Positions 30,281 to 41,938 of a stretch of DNA of 64,000 bases are shown piece by piece (the first letter of the stretch is position 1; the number at the start of each line of letters is the position of its first letter). Both the position numbers and the translations under genes were made by a program. The notes below the pieces were generated by a model. That model worked only from the letters and a program-made list of their open reading frames with translations, had not been told where the DNA came from and did no database searches. This DNA is from Calditrichia bacterium (lineage in GTDB: Bacteria; Calditrichota; Calditrichia; RBG-13-44-9; J075). The stretch lies in NCBI GenBank assembly GCA_050633245.1, contig JBOEGD010000020.1, forward strand, positions 173,492 through 237,491. Reading direction: 5' to 3'.

Positions 30281-31453
30281 ATGACATACCTTCAAACTAT
30301 ATGCACGTATCTTCTCGCAACTCTGTTGTTTGGAAATATATTATTAGCGGATGAAGCTGCACAAACCGAACTGAAAAGCGGCGAATTTGTGCTGAACATA
30401 TTGATTGATGTAGATGCCACAAACGTAAAAAATCAATCTCGTACCGGAACCTGCTGGACTTTCGCGACGAACTCATTCCTCGAATCCGAGCTCATTCGGT
30501 TGGGCAAAGATCCTGTAGATTTGTCGGAAATGTTCGTTGTGCGTAAAACTTATCCGGTAAAGGCACGCAGATATGTGCGGCTGCATGGGAATGGAACATT
30601 GGGAGCCGGAAGTTTGAGTGGAGACGTATTACGCGTTATTCGCGAACATGGAATGGTTCCGGAAGCGGTCTATAACGGTAAGTTTGAAAATGAAGAATTA
30701 CATAATCACAATGAGCTGGACGCAGTGCTTAAGGCCATGTTAAATACGATTATTAAAAATCCGGGTAAGAAATTGAGTCCGGTATGGCCAAAAGCGATTG
30801 AAGGTGTTTTGGATGCCTATTTGGGAGAAGCGCCTGAGTCATTCAAATTTGCAGGTAAAAATTATACGCCTCGATCCTTTGCAGATCATTTGGGCATAGA
30901 TCCGGATAACTATATAGAATTTACTTCGTTTAGTCACCATCCTTTTTATCAGCCGATGGCTATTGAATTGCCAGATAATTGGGCGTTGAATATGAGTTAT
31001 AATCTACCGCTCGACGAATTTGTTGGTTTGATGGATGCTGCACTTGAAAAAGGATACAGCCTTGGTTGGGACGGTGATGTTAGTGAAAAGAGCTTTGTGC
31101 AGAAAAAGGGTCTGGCAACTCTGCCTCAAAAAGTTTGGGATATGCGAACTAAATCGGAAAGAGACAGCATCTTAATGAAGCCGGAGCCGGAAATTGATGT
31201 AACGCAGGCAGTGCGACAGAAAATGTTTGATAACTATCAAACGACTGATGATCACCTCATGCACATTACCGGCATCTCGAAAGATCAGAACGGAACGCGC
31301 TATTATATTACGAAGAACTCGTGGGGCACAAAGGATCATACTCTGAGTGGTTATATTCACATGTCCGAGTCTTATACCAAAGCGAAGACGGTTTCGTTTA
31401 TCGTGCATAAGGACGCGATCCCCAAAGGATTGCGAAAGAAATTGAAGCTGTAA
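30281..31453 (+). CDS. C1-family cysteine aminopeptidase (PepC/bleomycin hydrolase-like)
   Basis: NQSRTGTCW (catalytic Cys), DDHLMHITG (His) and KNSWG (Asn), with a signal peptide. Confidence 0.9.
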   Translation: MTYLQTICTYLLATLLFGNILLADEAAQTELKSGEFVLNILIDVDATNVKNQSRTGTCWTFATNSFLESELIRLGKDPVDLSEMFVVRKTYPVKARRYVRLHGNGTLGAGSLSGDVLRVIREHGMVPEAVYNGKFENEELHNHNELDAVLKAMLNTIIKNPGKKLSPVWPKAIEGVLDAYLGEAPESFKFAGKNYTPRSFADHLGIDPDNYIEFTSFSHHPFYQPMAIELPDNWALNMSYNLPLDEFVGLMDAALEKGYSLGWDGDVSEKSFVQKKGLATLPQKVWDMRTKSERDSILMKPEPEIDVTQAVRQKMFDNYQTTDDHLMHITGISKDQNGTRYYITKNSWGTKDHTLSGYIHMSESYTKAKTVSFIVHKDAIPKGLRKKLKL

Positions 31454-31611
31454 AACTAGGTGTTTCAAAAAGACTTTTAGTGTAGGAAATAAAAATATAG
31501 AATAAATGAGAAAATTCAGGCAACTATTATCTCTTAGGAAATGTATTTACGATGAGTTGATGAAAAAACTATCAGACAAGAGATCCCGTGTATATGCCTG
31601 GATTTAGTTTG

Positions 31612-31644
31612 AAGCCGCGATTCGAAAGAACCGCGGCTTTTTTT
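31612..31644 (+). terminator. Intrinsic terminator
   Basis: AAGCCGCG-ATTC-GAAA-GAAC-CGCGGCTT followed by a T-run. Confidence 0.8.
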
Positions 31645-31654
31645 ATGCCGTCTT

Positions 31655-33106
31655 TTAGAGAACGCGGTCGACCAGATAGTTCATAATCTGATCTTTGGAA
31701 ATGCGCTCCTGTGCCATCGTATCGCGTTCACGCACCGTCACGGTACCATCTTCCATCGTATCATAATCGATAGTGAAGCAATACGGTGTTCCAACCTCAT
31801 CCTGTCGGCGATAGCGTCTACCAACAGCACCAGATTCATCATAGAAGACGCGGAATTGCTTCCGCAGGCTTGCAGTAATATCTTTAGCGACTTCAGCCAG
31901 ACCATCTTTTTTAACCAGCGGAAAGATAGCGGCCTTTACCGGTGCCAAAACCGGGCTAAAGCGCATCACAACGCGTTCTTCCTCTTCTTCATAGGCATCG
32001 GCTAGTGCAACCAGCATATTGCGATCCAAACCTGTCGATGTTTCTACCACATAGGGCAGATATTTTTCGTTTGTCACGACATCATGATACTTCATGTTTT
32101 TCTTCGAGAATTCCTGATGACGTGCCAAATCGAAGTCGGTGCGGTTGTGAATGCCTTCGAGTTCGCTCCAGCCGAATGGGAATTCATACTCAATGTCGAA
32201 AGCTGCTTTGGCATAATGTGCTAATTCGTTTGGACCATGTTCGTGAAAGCGTAATCGCGATTTGTTAATACCAACGCGGTCGTACCATTCCAGACGTTCT
32301 GCTTTCCATTTTTCGAAAAACTCCTCATCTGTTCCAGGCTTCACAAAATACTGCATTTCCATCTGCTCGAACTCTCGCATGCGAAAAATAAAGTTGCCCG
32401 GGGTAATTTCATTACGAAAAGCCTTACCGATCTGGGCAATTCCAAAAGGCAGTTTTTGCCGCGCAGCCTCACGAACGTTGTGGAAGTTTACGTAGATGCC
32501 CTGAGCGGTTTCCGGGCGCATGAATACCACGTTTGCATCGCTTTCAACCGGTCCCATAAAGGTCTTAAACATCAAGTTAAATAGGCGAGGCTCGGTAAGC
32601 GTTCCGGGAGTTTTTGTATCGGGAGCTACAATATTATTATAGTTTGACGTGTCGACCTCGGTTAGCAAAACGCGCTCGTAATCGCTTGGGTCGGCCTTGG
32701 CTTTCTTAAGCTTATTTTTAATTGTTTCAGGTTGCCCCTCAGGGAAAGCAAACATCAGCCCTTCACCGGATTTCGGGACGTAAACTTCAATCTGGTCTTC
32801 ACGGTAACGTGCCTTTGTCTCTCGGCAGTCTACCATTGGGTCGGTAAACCCGTCGACATGTCCGGAGGCTTCCCACACGCGTGGATGCATCAGAATACTT
32901 GCATCGATGCCTTCAATGTCGTCACGCTCGTAAACCATGGCGCGCCACCAAAGTTCTTTAATATTCTTCCTCAGCTCTACACCAAGCGGTCCGTAATCGT
33001 AGCAGCTGTTAATTCCACCATAAATTTCGCTGCTCTGATAAATAAAGCCCTTGCGTTTGCACAAGGAGACCAGCTTTTGCATTAGGTCTTTTGGTCTTTC
33101 ACTCAC
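31655..33106 (-). CDS. glyQS: Glycine--tRNA ligase (alpha2 type)
   Basis: YDYGPLG, RPETAQG, GKAFRNEITP, REFEQME, ELEGIHNRTDFDL and GRRYRRQDEVGTP motifs. Confidence 0.97.
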   Translation of the reverse strand: MSERPKDLMQKLVSLCKRKGFIYQSSEIYGGINSCYDYGPLGVELRKNIKELWWRAMVYERDDIEGIDASILMHPRVWEASGHVDGFTDPMVDCRETKARYREDQIEVYVPKSGEGLMFAFPEGQPETIKNKLKKAKADPSDYERVLLTEVDTSNYNNIVAPDTKTPGTLTEPRLFNLMFKTFMGPVESDANVVFMRPETAQGIYVNFHNVREAARQKLPFGIAQIGKAFRNEITPGNFIFRMREFEQMEMQYFVKPGTDEEFFEKWKAERLEWYDRVGINKSRLRFHEHGPNELAHYAKAAFDIEYEFPFGWSELEGIHNRTDFDLARHQEFSKKNMKYHDVVTNEKYLPYVVETSTGLDRNMLVALADAYEEEEERVVMRFSPVLAPVKAAIFPLVKKDGLAEVAKDITASLRKQFRVFYDESGAVGRRYRRQDEVGTPYCFTIDYDTMEDGTVTVRERDTMAQERISKDQIMNYLVDRVL

Positions 33107-33232
33107 AATTTATCTCCCCAAGTAGTTAAGGCGGTATCCGCCGAGGTCATCTATTTTTTTCAGCTTCTTTTCGGATGGCAGTGCACTTTGAAAAAAATTA
33201 ATAAGAATAAAGTTACAAAAATTTTGAGCGAA

Positions 33233-33985
33233 TCACATATACCATTTCAAAGATTTTAGCTCGAGATTTATATCCGTGTGTACTGAAAGTTGTCTTAATA
33301 ATGCGTCGGAAAGCCAGTCTGCTTGAAAAGCAGGAAGCCTGTCGGAGTTGGGAACCGCGTTGTTTAGAAAGGTCTGCAAAGATTGCCATTCTTCCAAACT
33401 GAGCGCCTGCTTACCGGTATTAGAAAATCCTACGCAGTTGCCGCAGCGCAGGCCGCTATTGGCGCTATCTATGGCAACCGGGCCACTCTTTACCGGTTCG
33501 CTGCAGCGCAAGCAGGTTTCAATGTTCCAGGAAAATCCAAGGACGTGAGACGTGCGATAGAGTAAATGCCATAAAAAGGGTAGGTTCTGTCCGCCAGGGT
33601 TGCGCTCCATTTGCTCCAGAAGCACAATTAAATAGTCGAAGAAGTTTTCTACCGGTTCGTGCACAGAAAACAGTGAGGAGAGAAGCTCTAGAATTGAAAA
33701 GGCCACAGCGGTTTTTTCGAGATCTTCACGGATTGGCAAAAATGAATGTGTTAAAGAGGCGGAGGTTAAGATTTGGAGTGAGCGAGTACTTTTCTGAGAA
33801 AGAATAACCTCAATATGATTCATTGTTTCCAATACGCCGCGAAAAGGGCTTTTGGGGCGCAATGCCCCTTTTGCGATGATGCGGATAGAACCGAGTTCCC
33901 GGGAATACAGATGCACAATCTTGCTGGATTCGCGCCAGCGGATTGCACTTAAAACAATGGCTTCGGTTTTTAGAAGCTCGGCCAT
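33233..33985 (-). CDS. recO: DNA repair protein RecO
   Basis: TEAIVL...ESSKIV...AKGALRPKS N-terminal OB fold and a CxxC...CxxC zinc site. Confidence 0.92.
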   Translation of the reverse strand: MAELLKTEAIVLSAIRWRESSKIVHLYSRELGSIRIIAKGALRPKSPFRGVLETMNHIEVILSQKSTRSLQILTSASLTHSFLPIREDLEKTAVAFSILELLSSLFSVHEPVENFFDYLIVLLEQMERNPGGQNLPFLWHLLYRTSHVLGFSWNIETCLRCSEPVKSGPVAIDSANSGLRCGNCVGFSNTGKQALSLEEWQSLQTFLNNAVPNSDRLPAFQADWLSDALLRQLSVHTDINLELKSLKWYM

Positions 33986-33992
33986 AGGATTC

Positions 33993-35366
33993 CTATGTTA
34001 TCATGCCGCTGGTGATTGCAAGTGTTAGCAGACCAAAATAAATGAGCAGGCCGATTACATCGTTAAACGTTGTCACGAAGGGGCCGCTGGCAATTGCAGG
34101 ATCTATATTAAAACGTTTGAAGACGAAAGGAATTATAGCACCGAACATTGAGGCGTTTAGCATAACAATCAGCAGGGTGCCGGCAAGAACGGAGGCAAGA
34201 TTTATGTCTTTTTGCCAGAGCATGACCACGCAAAAAATCAGAGCGGCGATCACGGACCCGCTTATCAGTGCAGATCGGGTTTCGCGGCTGACGCGTCGCC
34301 AGATATCGCGTGGGTTAATTTCGCCGGTAGCGAGTCCACGAACGACAATAATACCCGACTGTTGTCCTATACTTCCGCCCATAGCCATAACGACCGGGAT
34401 AAAAAAAGCGGATGCCAATACCTGCTGAATCGTCATTGAATACATCTGCATAACAAGTGCAGAAATGATTTCACCGACAAAGGAAATAAGTAGCCAGGGA
34501 AGTCTTGCCTGAACAATGCGTAAAGAGCTATCTTCAAGAATTTCTTCCTCTCCAATACCGGCAATACGGGCCAGATCTTCATCAGCTTCTTCATTGATAA
34601 CGTCTAAAATGTCATCGATGGTAATGCGGCCGATAAGGCGCTTTTCCGAGTCGATGACCGGTGAAGAAATCAGATCATACTTTTCGAATAGCTGTGCTAC
34701 CTCTTCCTGGTCTGTATCGGCGGTAACGGCAAAAATTTCTTCATCTACAATGGAGTGAATCGGTGTCGCTTCCTCCGCGAGAATCAGCTCTTTTAACGAC
34801 ACTGTGCCAAGTAAAAGCCCGAAGCGATCGACAACATAGCATAAATAAATGTCATCTACTCGTTCGCTTGCTTTGCGAAGCTGCTCGATTGCCTGTTGAA
34901 CTGTCCAGTTTACTTCAATGGACACATACTCTTTAGCCATGATACCGCCAGCGGTATCTTCTGGATATTTGAGGAGTTCTCTAATATCTTCAATGGCTTC
35001 TTCGTCAACCTTATCCAGAACCTCATTGGCGATGTGGGAATCGAGTTCAGACACGATGTCTACCGCGTCATCAGAATCCATCTCACTCACCAGTTCTGCG
35101 ATCTCGCTGGAATCGAGCTCTTCAAGAATATCTTCTTTTGCTACATCTTCCAGGTCGGCAAGTACATCACTTGCGGAGTCCTGAGAAATCAGCGAGAAAA
35201 CCTTGTAGCGACTGTCCGCATCAAGGCTTTCAACCAAGTCTGAAATATCCGCCACGTGCATATCCGCAAGGATATTTCGTAGGAAGTCCAGTTGGTCAGA
35301 TTCCAGCAGATAATGAATATCTTCCAGAATATCTTCAACATTATTTTCAGGTTTCATTGCTGTCAT
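33993..35366 (-). CDS. mgtE: Magnesium transporter MgtE
   Basis: Acidic N-domain, YPEDTAGGIM, CBS pair, ARLPWL and DPAIASGPFVTTFND motifs. Confidence 0.95.
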   Translation of the reverse strand: MTAMKPENNVEDILEDIHYLLESDQLDFLRNILADMHVADISDLVESLDADSRYKVFSLISQDSASDVLADLEDVAKEDILEELDSSEIAELVSEMDSDDAVDIVSELDSHIANEVLDKVDEEAIEDIRELLKYPEDTAGGIMAKEYVSIEVNWTVQQAIEQLRKASERVDDIYLCYVVDRFGLLLGTVSLKELILAEEATPIHSIVDEEIFAVTADTDQEEVAQLFEKYDLISSPVIDSEKRLIGRITIDDILDVINEEADEDLARIAGIGEEEILEDSSLRIVQARLPWLLISFVGEIISALVMQMYSMTIQQVLASAFFIPVVMAMGGSIGQQSGIIVVRGLATGEINPRDIWRRVSRETRSALISGSVIAALIFCVVMLWQKDINLASVLAGTLLIVMLNASMFGAIIPFVFKRFNIDPAIASGPFVTTFNDVIGLLIYFGLLTLAITSGMIT

Positions 35367-36168
35367 GCTGTCCTTCTTGTTGTAGCATGTATGCACAGTC
35401 GGCCAGCTTCTTCCAGTCTTCCAGGGAAAGACGCTCTGGCCTGAGGGTTAAATCCGCGTCTAATTTAGAGAGAAGTTCAGCTGGGAACAACATCGATAAT
35501 GATTTACGCAACATCTTGCGGCGATGCTGAAAGGCCGTGCGAATGATTCGCTGAAATAGCGCGAAGTCAGGAAAATCTTGAAGCGCATCACGCTTAAAGG
35601 TAAAGCGACATACTGCAGAGTCTACCTTGGGTTTAGGATAAAATAGTCCTGCTCCCACCGAAAAGAGGTATTCTGCTTCGGTGTAGATCTTGCTGTTGAT
35701 GGCAAGTAAACCAAATAGTTTGCCGCCAGGATCAGCAGCAATTCGCAGAGCCACTTCCCTCTGCATCATAATCACCGCTTCATAAAGATAATTATGATTT
35801 TCGAAGAGTTGAAATAGAATGGGCGACGTAATGTTGTACGGGATGTTGCCAATGATTGAGACCTTTTTATCTGCATGATTCGCCAAAAATGTTGGCAAAT
35901 CCAAATCGAGTACATCGCCTTCCAATAAACTGAAATTGGCGTTGCTGCTAAATTCGCGCCGTAATACGCTGGCTAAATTGCGGTCGATCTCTATTCCGAC
36001 GTACTGATGACCACTCTCCAGCAGATAGCGCGTTAGTGCCCCCTTACCCGGGCCGATCTCAACAATTAGACTGTCAGCTGAGAGTCTCAGGCTTGCAACG
36101 ATGCGCTGCATGGTATAGGTGTCGGTTAGAAAGTTCTGGCCAAATCGTTTTCTGGGTCGTTGGTTCAT
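35347..36168 (-). CDS. rsmA: 16S rRNA m6,2A dimethyltransferase
   Basis: KRFGQNFL, EIGPGKGALT, GNIPYNITSP, PKPKVDS and RRKMLR motifs. Confidence 0.96.
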   Translation of the reverse strand: MNQRPRKRFGQNFLTDTYTMQRIVASLRLSADSLIVEIGPGKGALTRYLLESGHQYVGIEIDRNLASVLRREFSSNANFSLLEGDVLDLDLPTFLANHADKKVSIIGNIPYNITSPILFQLFENHNYLYEAVIMMQREVALRIAADPGGKLFGLLAINSKIYTEAEYLFSVGAGLFYPKPKVDSAVCRFTFKRDALQDFPDFALFQRIIRTAFQHRRKMLRKSLSMLFPAELLSKLDADLTLRPERLSLEDWKKLADCAYMLQQEGQHDSNET

Positions 36169-36292
36169 TTATCAAAAAAGAGTTTGTATAACTGTTTCAA
36201 TTTGAATATTCTTAAGTCCTTAATTTAACTGATATACTGTCGATTCAAAGCGATTTCACTTTGCAGCTTTTCTAAAGGTTAGAGGAAGTTTC

Positions 36293-37882
36293 ATGGCTGA
36301 TAAAAAAAATGATAAAAAAACGAAACCACAAATGGATGGGCCAACACAGACCGGAGAAAGTGCTTTTATTGCACGTTCATTAGCATTTGTTGAACGTGTA
36401 GGAAACGCGCTTCCCCATCCGGCCACGCTGTTTGCTCTCTTTGCGGTCGCTGTAATTGTAATTTCCTGGGTCTGCTCTCTGTTCGATCTGTCGGTCGTTC
36501 ACCCGGGAAACAAAAAAATCTTTGAAGTTGTCAATTTGATGTCCGTTGAAGGATTACAGAGAATTCTAACCTCGATGGTTGTTAACTTTACCGACTTTGC
36601 TCCGTTAGGAACGGTTTTGGTTGCGATGTTGGGTATTGGCATCGCTGAAGGTAGTGGATTGATTGGTACCTCGCTGCGCTGGTTGGTCTTGAAGTCTCCG
36701 GAGCGCCTATTGACATTTGTAATTGTCTTTGCCGGTGTACTGTCTAACACTGCCAGTGAAGTTGGTTATGTGCTATTAGTACCACTGGGAGCAATTATTT
36801 TCCTTGCTGCCGGCCGTCATCCCATTGCCGGTATGGCTGCAGCCTTTGCCGGTGTCTCCGGTGGATACAGCGCAAACCTGTTTCTTGGAACGATCGATCC
36901 GCTGCTGGCTGGTTTGTCTGAAGAGGCCGCACGACTTGTAGATCCGAGTTATTCCGTGAATGCCGCAGTGAATTTTTATTTTATGTTCGTTTCTACTTTT
37001 TTCATTACGCTTGCCGGAACGTTTGTCACCGAGAGAATTGTAGTGCCACGCCTCGGTTCCTATACCGGTGACGAAAAACCTGAGGAAATTCGTACGCTTA
37101 CTGCAGATGAAAAACGCGGCCTCATGTATGCGTTAGTTGCAGCCGTGGGAGTAGTTGCCTTCTTGTTCTGGAGTATCTATCCTGAAGGCGCGATACTTCG
37201 TGACCCTGTAACCGGAGACAGATTAAATTCACCGTTTATGAGGAGCATTGTAGCGTTTATTTTCCTGGGAGCCGGAATACTTGGTATCGCCTATGGGGTA
37301 GGTGCCGGCACGTTTAAAAACGATTCCGACGTCATGAAGGGCATGGGAAAAGCTATGGAGACACTGGGGATTTACATGGTGCTCTGCTTTTTTGCCGCCC
37401 AGTTTGTAGCTTATTTTAACTGGACCAATCTCGGTGTTATCTTTGCCGTGAAGGGAGCAGAAGTTTTAGAAACTCTGCAGCAGGCGGGATTGGGGAAGAT
37501 TCCGATGATGATCTTGTTTGTATTCCTTGCCGCTGCCAGCAACATGTTTATGGGTAGCGCCTCGGCCAAATGGGCTATTCTGGCACCGGTGTTTATTCCT
37601 ATGTTGATGTTTGTTGGCGTCTCACCAGAGCTAACACAGGCTGCGTATCGCATTGGAGATAGTGTAACAAACTTGATTTCACCGATGATGTCTTATTTTG
37701 CCTTGATTGTAGCCTTTGTGCAAAGGTATGATAAAAACGCCGGTATTGGTACGGTGGTCGCGACAATGCTTCCGTATTCCATCGCGTTTTTAATAATCTG
37801 GATTATTTTGCTCGGTATCTGGATTACGCTTGGAATTCCATTGGGACCGGGCGGCGGGCTTGAGTATATTCCGTCAAATTAA
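36293..37882 (+). CDS. abgT: AbgT-family transporter
   Basis: [30 protein letters not shown] and [10 protein letters not shown] motifs. Confidence 0.92.
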   Translation: MADKKNDKKTKPQMDGPTQTGESAFIARSLAFVERVGNALPHPATLFALFAVAVIVISWVCSLFDLSVVHPGNKKIFEVVNLMSVEGLQRILTSMVVNFTDFAPLGTVLVAMLGIGIAEGSGLIGTSLRWLVLKSPERLLTFVIVFAGVLSNTASEVGYVLLVPLGAIIFLAAGRHPIAGMAAAFAGVSGGYSANLFLGTIDPLLAGLSEEAARLVDPSYSVNAAVNFYFMFVSTFFITLAGTFVTERIVVPRLGSYTGDEKPEEIRTLTADEKRGLMYALVAAVGVVAFLFWSIYPEGAILRDPVTGDRLNSPFMRSIVAFIFLGAGILGIAYGVGAGTFKNDSDVMKGMGKAMETLGIYMVLCFFAAQFVAYFNWTNLGVIFAVKGAEVLETLQQAGLGKIPMMILFVFLAAASNMFMGSASAKWAILAPVFIPMLMFVGVSPELTQAAYRIGDSVTNLISPMMSYFALIVAFVQRYDKNAGIGTVVATMLPYSIAFLIIWIILLGIWITLGIPLGPGGGLEYIPSN

Positions 37883-37899
37883 CAGACATAGATATTAAC

Positions 37900-37938
37900 T
37901 CTGCTCAGAGATCCGGCTGCTAATATCCTCTGAGCAGA
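37900..37938. terminator. Hairpin after abgT
   Basis: TCTGCTCAGAG...CTCTGAGCAGA with 11-bp arms; no clear U-tract. Confidence 0.45.
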
Positions 37939-38017
37939 TCTGCTCGCCTCAGCGAAAAAGCAATCTCTATTTGATATACGCTTCTTCGCGCATAGACATA
38001 TTCCGGGGGTATCAACC

Positions 38018-41000
38018 GTGCAACCATTTGGTTTGCTCAGACGGTTTGGCATTCTATTCTTCTTGCTGGCAGCGAGCCAAACCCTTTTTTCTCAAAGTTA
38101 TCTTATCCACAATTACACTTACAGAAATGGCCTCCCAAGCAGCGAGGTTTATGACGTCGCTCAGGATACCAATGGTACCATGTGGTTTGGAACGCGCAAT
38201 GGATTAATTAGTTACGATGGCCACTCCTGGAGCAAAGAGTATTATGACACCATGGGAGTCTATCGCAGTTGCTATATGCTTGAGGTCGATCCCACTGGTA
38301 AGCTCTGGGTAACTGGATATGCCGGCCCGCTGGGCGGTCGACTTTTTTATCGTGACGGCAACAAATGGCATGAAGTGGTTACCCCAACAAAATTCATTCC
38401 CCTCACTGGTTCAAATGGCGAACTGCACGACATTCACTTTACTTCAATAGATGGTTTTGTTTCACCATGGCTGGCTATTAATGGCCGTGGTTTAACTTAT
38501 TTGAATCAGCAAAATGAGTGGCAAGCACTTACTACCATCGATGGTTTAGCAGACAATACAATTTATTCGTTACAAAGTGACAATCACATTCTGTTTGTTG
38601 CAACTCCCGGTGGACTCCAAAAATTTACGTATAACCGAGCAACGTCAGCGTTTGATATGGAGCTGATTATTGATGAGGCGGTGTGGAAACTCGCAGCGGA
38701 GTATCATGAGCGTGGTCGTGAGTCCAGCGGTTTAAAACGTTTATGGATCGTCGGAAGCAATGGGATAAGCGTACTGGAAGACGGTGAATTGCGTAAAATC
38801 AGGGGGCCTGTTCAGGATGTGCAGTATCAGACGCTGGAACTGCAGCCGGATTATTTGGGCGGCTGTTTTGTCGGGTCCCAGACTAACCTGGACTATGTTA
38901 CTCTCGACGGTACGGTTCAGGCTGTTGGAAAACGAAACGGCTTTCTTGCTGACAATATCACCAATATGATGCTCGACCGTGAGGGATTAATCTGGTTTTG
39001 CTCATATCGTGGCGTCAGCAAACTGGTCTCGCGTAGATTCGAAACCTATAATCGCGATGAAGGTCTTCTCGCGAGCGAAATTACAGCTGTACAGCAATTT
39101 GATAATGGAGACATGTTGTTCGGCCATAACTGGGGTTTTACTCTTGGACACGGAGAAAATGCCAAGCAGATCAATTTGCAGAATGTTCTTCATGCCAATA
39201 TCGGCCCGGTACGAATAATGCAAATGGCGAAAGATTCTGATAATCAAGTTTGGGCAAGCGCAGCATTTGGCGGAGTACTTCGCGTTAGCTCATCTGGTGA
39301 GTATCAGTATTATCCAAGCCCACCGAGCGAAGAAACCGGAAATAGTCATGTTGCAATTGGTATTGCATTTGACAGGCAAGACAGATTGTTAGTTGGGATG
39401 AGTAATGGAATATTCGAGCTCAAAGAAGGAGCCTATATACCTGTTTATGAAAAGGAATTGAAGCACATCGGGTTCCGCTCTTTATATAAAGACCGAAGCG
39501 AAAACCTTCTTTTTTGCACAATAAACAATGGTCTGTTTCGCCAGATGGGTGATTCTCTCATTAATTATCGTTATGCCGGAGAAGGTTTAGGAAATGAGGT
39601 CGTTTGTGCATTTGAATTAAATAATGGGGAACTGTGGGTCGGTACCTGGGCAGGATTATCTAAAGCCGAAAACGGCGAACTTACCCGTCCTGAAGGGTTT
39701 CCAGATATGACTTCGCCGGTTTATTTTATCGTGGAAGACGATGCCGACTGTATTTGGCTTGGAAGTGACAATGGTGTTTGGAGATGGGATGGTGCAAATC
39801 TGAAAAACTTTGGTCTGGGGCAGGGACTTGTCGGACTTGAAACGAACCGTGGAGCAGGCTTCATCGATAGAGAAGGAAGCCTCTGGTTTGGAACCAATAA
39901 TGGCGTTTCGCGCTTTCAGCCGGGATATGATTTTCAAACCAAAGCCAAGCCTGTTTTGAGCATTAAACACTTGAATTCAGACAACGATATTTATTCTCTC
40001 GATAGACCTGTTGAATTGAATTATTTACACCCGCGATTAAGTATTGCGGTTCTTGCAAATACCTTTGTCGATGAGAGAAACGTCAAGTTTCGTTACCGAC
40101 TCGATGGTTTTGATACCGATTGGCAAATGCTGGAAGGGCGCCCTGAAAACCAGGAGTTCCGCTATAATTACCTCCCGTCAGGTGACTATCGATTCAGCGT
40201 TCAGATCGAAAATGCCAATGGCCTGCGAAGCGACATCGTCTCTTCATCGCGAATCACTATCAATCGTCCGTTTTGGGAAGAGTGGTGGTTTTTGTCATCC
40301 CTTTTACTTCTCACAATAATGTTAATAATCGGTGCCCTGAACTACAGATCGCAACGACTCTATGCCGGTCAGCTAGAAAAAGAAATTCACGACCGAACCA
40401 CTCAGTTGCGCTCCTCCGAACAGCGGTATAAGCAACTCTTTGATGAATCGAAAGATGTTGTATTTATCTCTACTCCGAACGGACGCTTTCTGGATATGAA
40501 TGCAGCTGGTTTAGTGTTGTTTGGAGTACCTTCTCTAAGTGCAATTCAGGAGTTGGACATCGCCAGTCACTTTTATTTGAATTCTGAAGACCGCAAGCAG
40601 TATATAAGACGAATAAAACAGCATGGGTACCTTCAGGACTATGAAATTAAAATGACGAATTATCAAGGAAAACATTTAACGATTCTGGAAACGGTTACAG
40701 CGGTAAAAGATATGAGTGGAAGCGTTCAATATCGTGGTATAATGCGTGATGTAACGCGACAACGGACGATGGAAAAGCAGCTTGTTTTGGCGGAGAAAAT
40801 GGAGGCTCTGGGTTTAATGGCTAGTGGCATTGCTCATGAGTTTAACAATCAGCTTAGCGGGATTTTAGGATATGCAGATCTACTTAAGCTCGGCTTTCCA
40901 AAGAATTCTGAGGAATTTAACTATGCAAAAACGTTGGAAGAAAGCGCACGCAATGCCGCTGAGCTGACAGAGCAACTGCTTGGATTTGCCCAAAAAGGCA

Positions 41001-41938
41001 ATTATCGTATCGAACCGCTTGATCTGAATAAAACTATTGTGGAAACACAAAAACTGTTCGGGAGAATCTTCGACCGAGCAATTGAGCTGAAGCTGGATTT
41101 GGATCAGGCTATTTCTACAATCGAAGGCGACAAAGCGCAAATTCAGAGAGTCATTATTAACCTGGCGATTAATGCACGTGATGCAATGCCGAATGGCGGC
41201 ATTCTAACACTGGCAACGTCAATAAAAAGATTGACTGAGGAGCAAGCCGTTGAGCTTGGAACGACTTGCGGAGATTACTGCTGTCTAATCGTTTCGGATA
41301 CCGGAGTTGGTATTGATAAGCGGGACCAAAAGCAAATTTTTGAACCCTTCTTCACGACAAAAGGAGCCGGAAAAGGAACCGGTTTAGGTCTGGCTATGGT
41401 TTATGCCACGGTAAAAAGCCATAGCGGCGCCATCTCGGTAGAGAGCACGCTTGGTCGAGGAACCTGCTTTACAATCTATTTTCCGCTGAGTGGTAAAAAG
41501 TTGATTGATCATCAATCGTACTCAAATACGCCGGAACCGGGATCGGAAACAATCATGATCGTTGACGATGAGAAACATATTCGTTCACTTTTAAAACATT
41601 CTCTTGAGCGTTACGGATATAAGACGCTTTTGGCTTCGGATGGTATAGAAGCAATAAGTGTCTTTAAACAACATAGGACGGATATCAGGCTGGTTATTCT
41701 GGATATGATAATGCCGAAGATGGGGGGTAGTGAGACAATACACAAGCTAAACGAGCTAAATTGCACCGCTCCAATTCTGATTGCAACCGGCTATCCAGGT
41801 AGCCAAAAGGACGTTGAGGATATAGTAAATTACAGTACAATTAAGAAACCGTTTAAAGTTTCGTTGCTCCTACGTAAAGTGCGGGCAATTCTCGACGGAG
41901 ATGAACTCGCCAAGAGCACAGATCAACTTCACTCTTAA
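38018..41938 (+). CDS. Hybrid sensor kinase (beta-propeller sensor, PAS, CckA-type HisKA/HATPase, REC)
   Basis: Reg_prop repeats, TM at PFWEEWW, PAS domain, [25 protein letters not shown] and LDMIMP. Confidence 0.92.
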   Translation: MQPFGLLRRFGILFFLLAASQTLFSQSYLIHNYTYRNGLPSSEVYDVAQDTNGTMWFGTRNGLISYDGHSWSKEYYDTMGVYRSCYMLEVDPTGKLWVTGYAGPLGGRLFYRDGNKWHEVVTPTKFIPLTGSNGELHDIHFTSIDGFVSPWLAINGRGLTYLNQQNEWQALTTIDGLADNTIYSLQSDNHILFVATPGGLQKFTYNRATSAFDMELIIDEAVWKLAAEYHERGRESSGLKRLWIVGSNGISVLEDGELRKIRGPVQDVQYQTLELQPDYLGGCFVGSQTNLDYVTLDGTVQAVGKRNGFLADNITNMMLDREGLIWFCSYRGVSKLVSRRFETYNRDEGLLASEITAVQQFDNGDMLFGHNWGFTLGHGENAKQINLQNVLHANIGPVRIMQMAKDSDNQVWASAAFGGVLRVSSSGEYQYYPSPPSEETGNSHVAIGIAFDRQDRLLVGMSNGIFELKEGAYIPVYEKELKHIGFRSLYKDRSENLLFCTINNGLFRQMGDSLINYRYAGEGLGNEVVCAFELNNGELWVGTWAGLSKAENGELTRPEGFPDMTSPVYFIVEDDADCIWLGSDNGVWRWDGANLKNFGLGQGLVGLETNRGAGFIDREGSLWFGTNNGVSRFQPGYDFQTKAKPVLSIKHLNSDNDIYSLDRPVELNYLHPRLSIAVLANTFVDERNVKFRYRLDGFDTDWQMLEGRPENQEFRYNYLPSGDYRFSVQIENANGLRSDIVSSSRITINRPFWEEWWFLSSLLLLTIMLIIGALNYRSQRLYAGQLEKEIHDRTTQLRSSEQRYKQLFDESKDVVFISTPNGRFLDMNAAGLVLFGVPSLSAIQELDIASHFYLNSEDRKQYIRRIKQHGYLQDYEIKMTNYQGKHLTILETVTAVKDMSGSVQYRGIMRDVTRQRTMEKQLVLAEKMEALGLMASGIAHEFNNQLSGILGYADLLKLGFPKNSEEFNYAKTLEESARNAAELTEQLLGFAQKGNYRIEPLDLNKTIVETQKLFGRIFDRAIELKLDLDQAISTIEGDKAQIQRVIINLAINARDAMPNGGILTLATSIKRLTEEQAVELGTTCGDYCCLIVSDTGVGIDKRDQKQIFEPFFTTKGAGKGTGLGLAMVYATVKSHSGAISVESTLGRGTCFTIYFPLSGKKLIDHQSYSNTPEPGSETIMIVDDEKHIRSLLKHSLERYGYKTLLASDGIEAISVFKQHRTDIRLVILDMIMPKMGGSETIHKLNELNCTAPILIATGYPGSQKDVEDIVNYSTIKKPFKVSLLLRKVRAILDGDELAKSTDQLHS

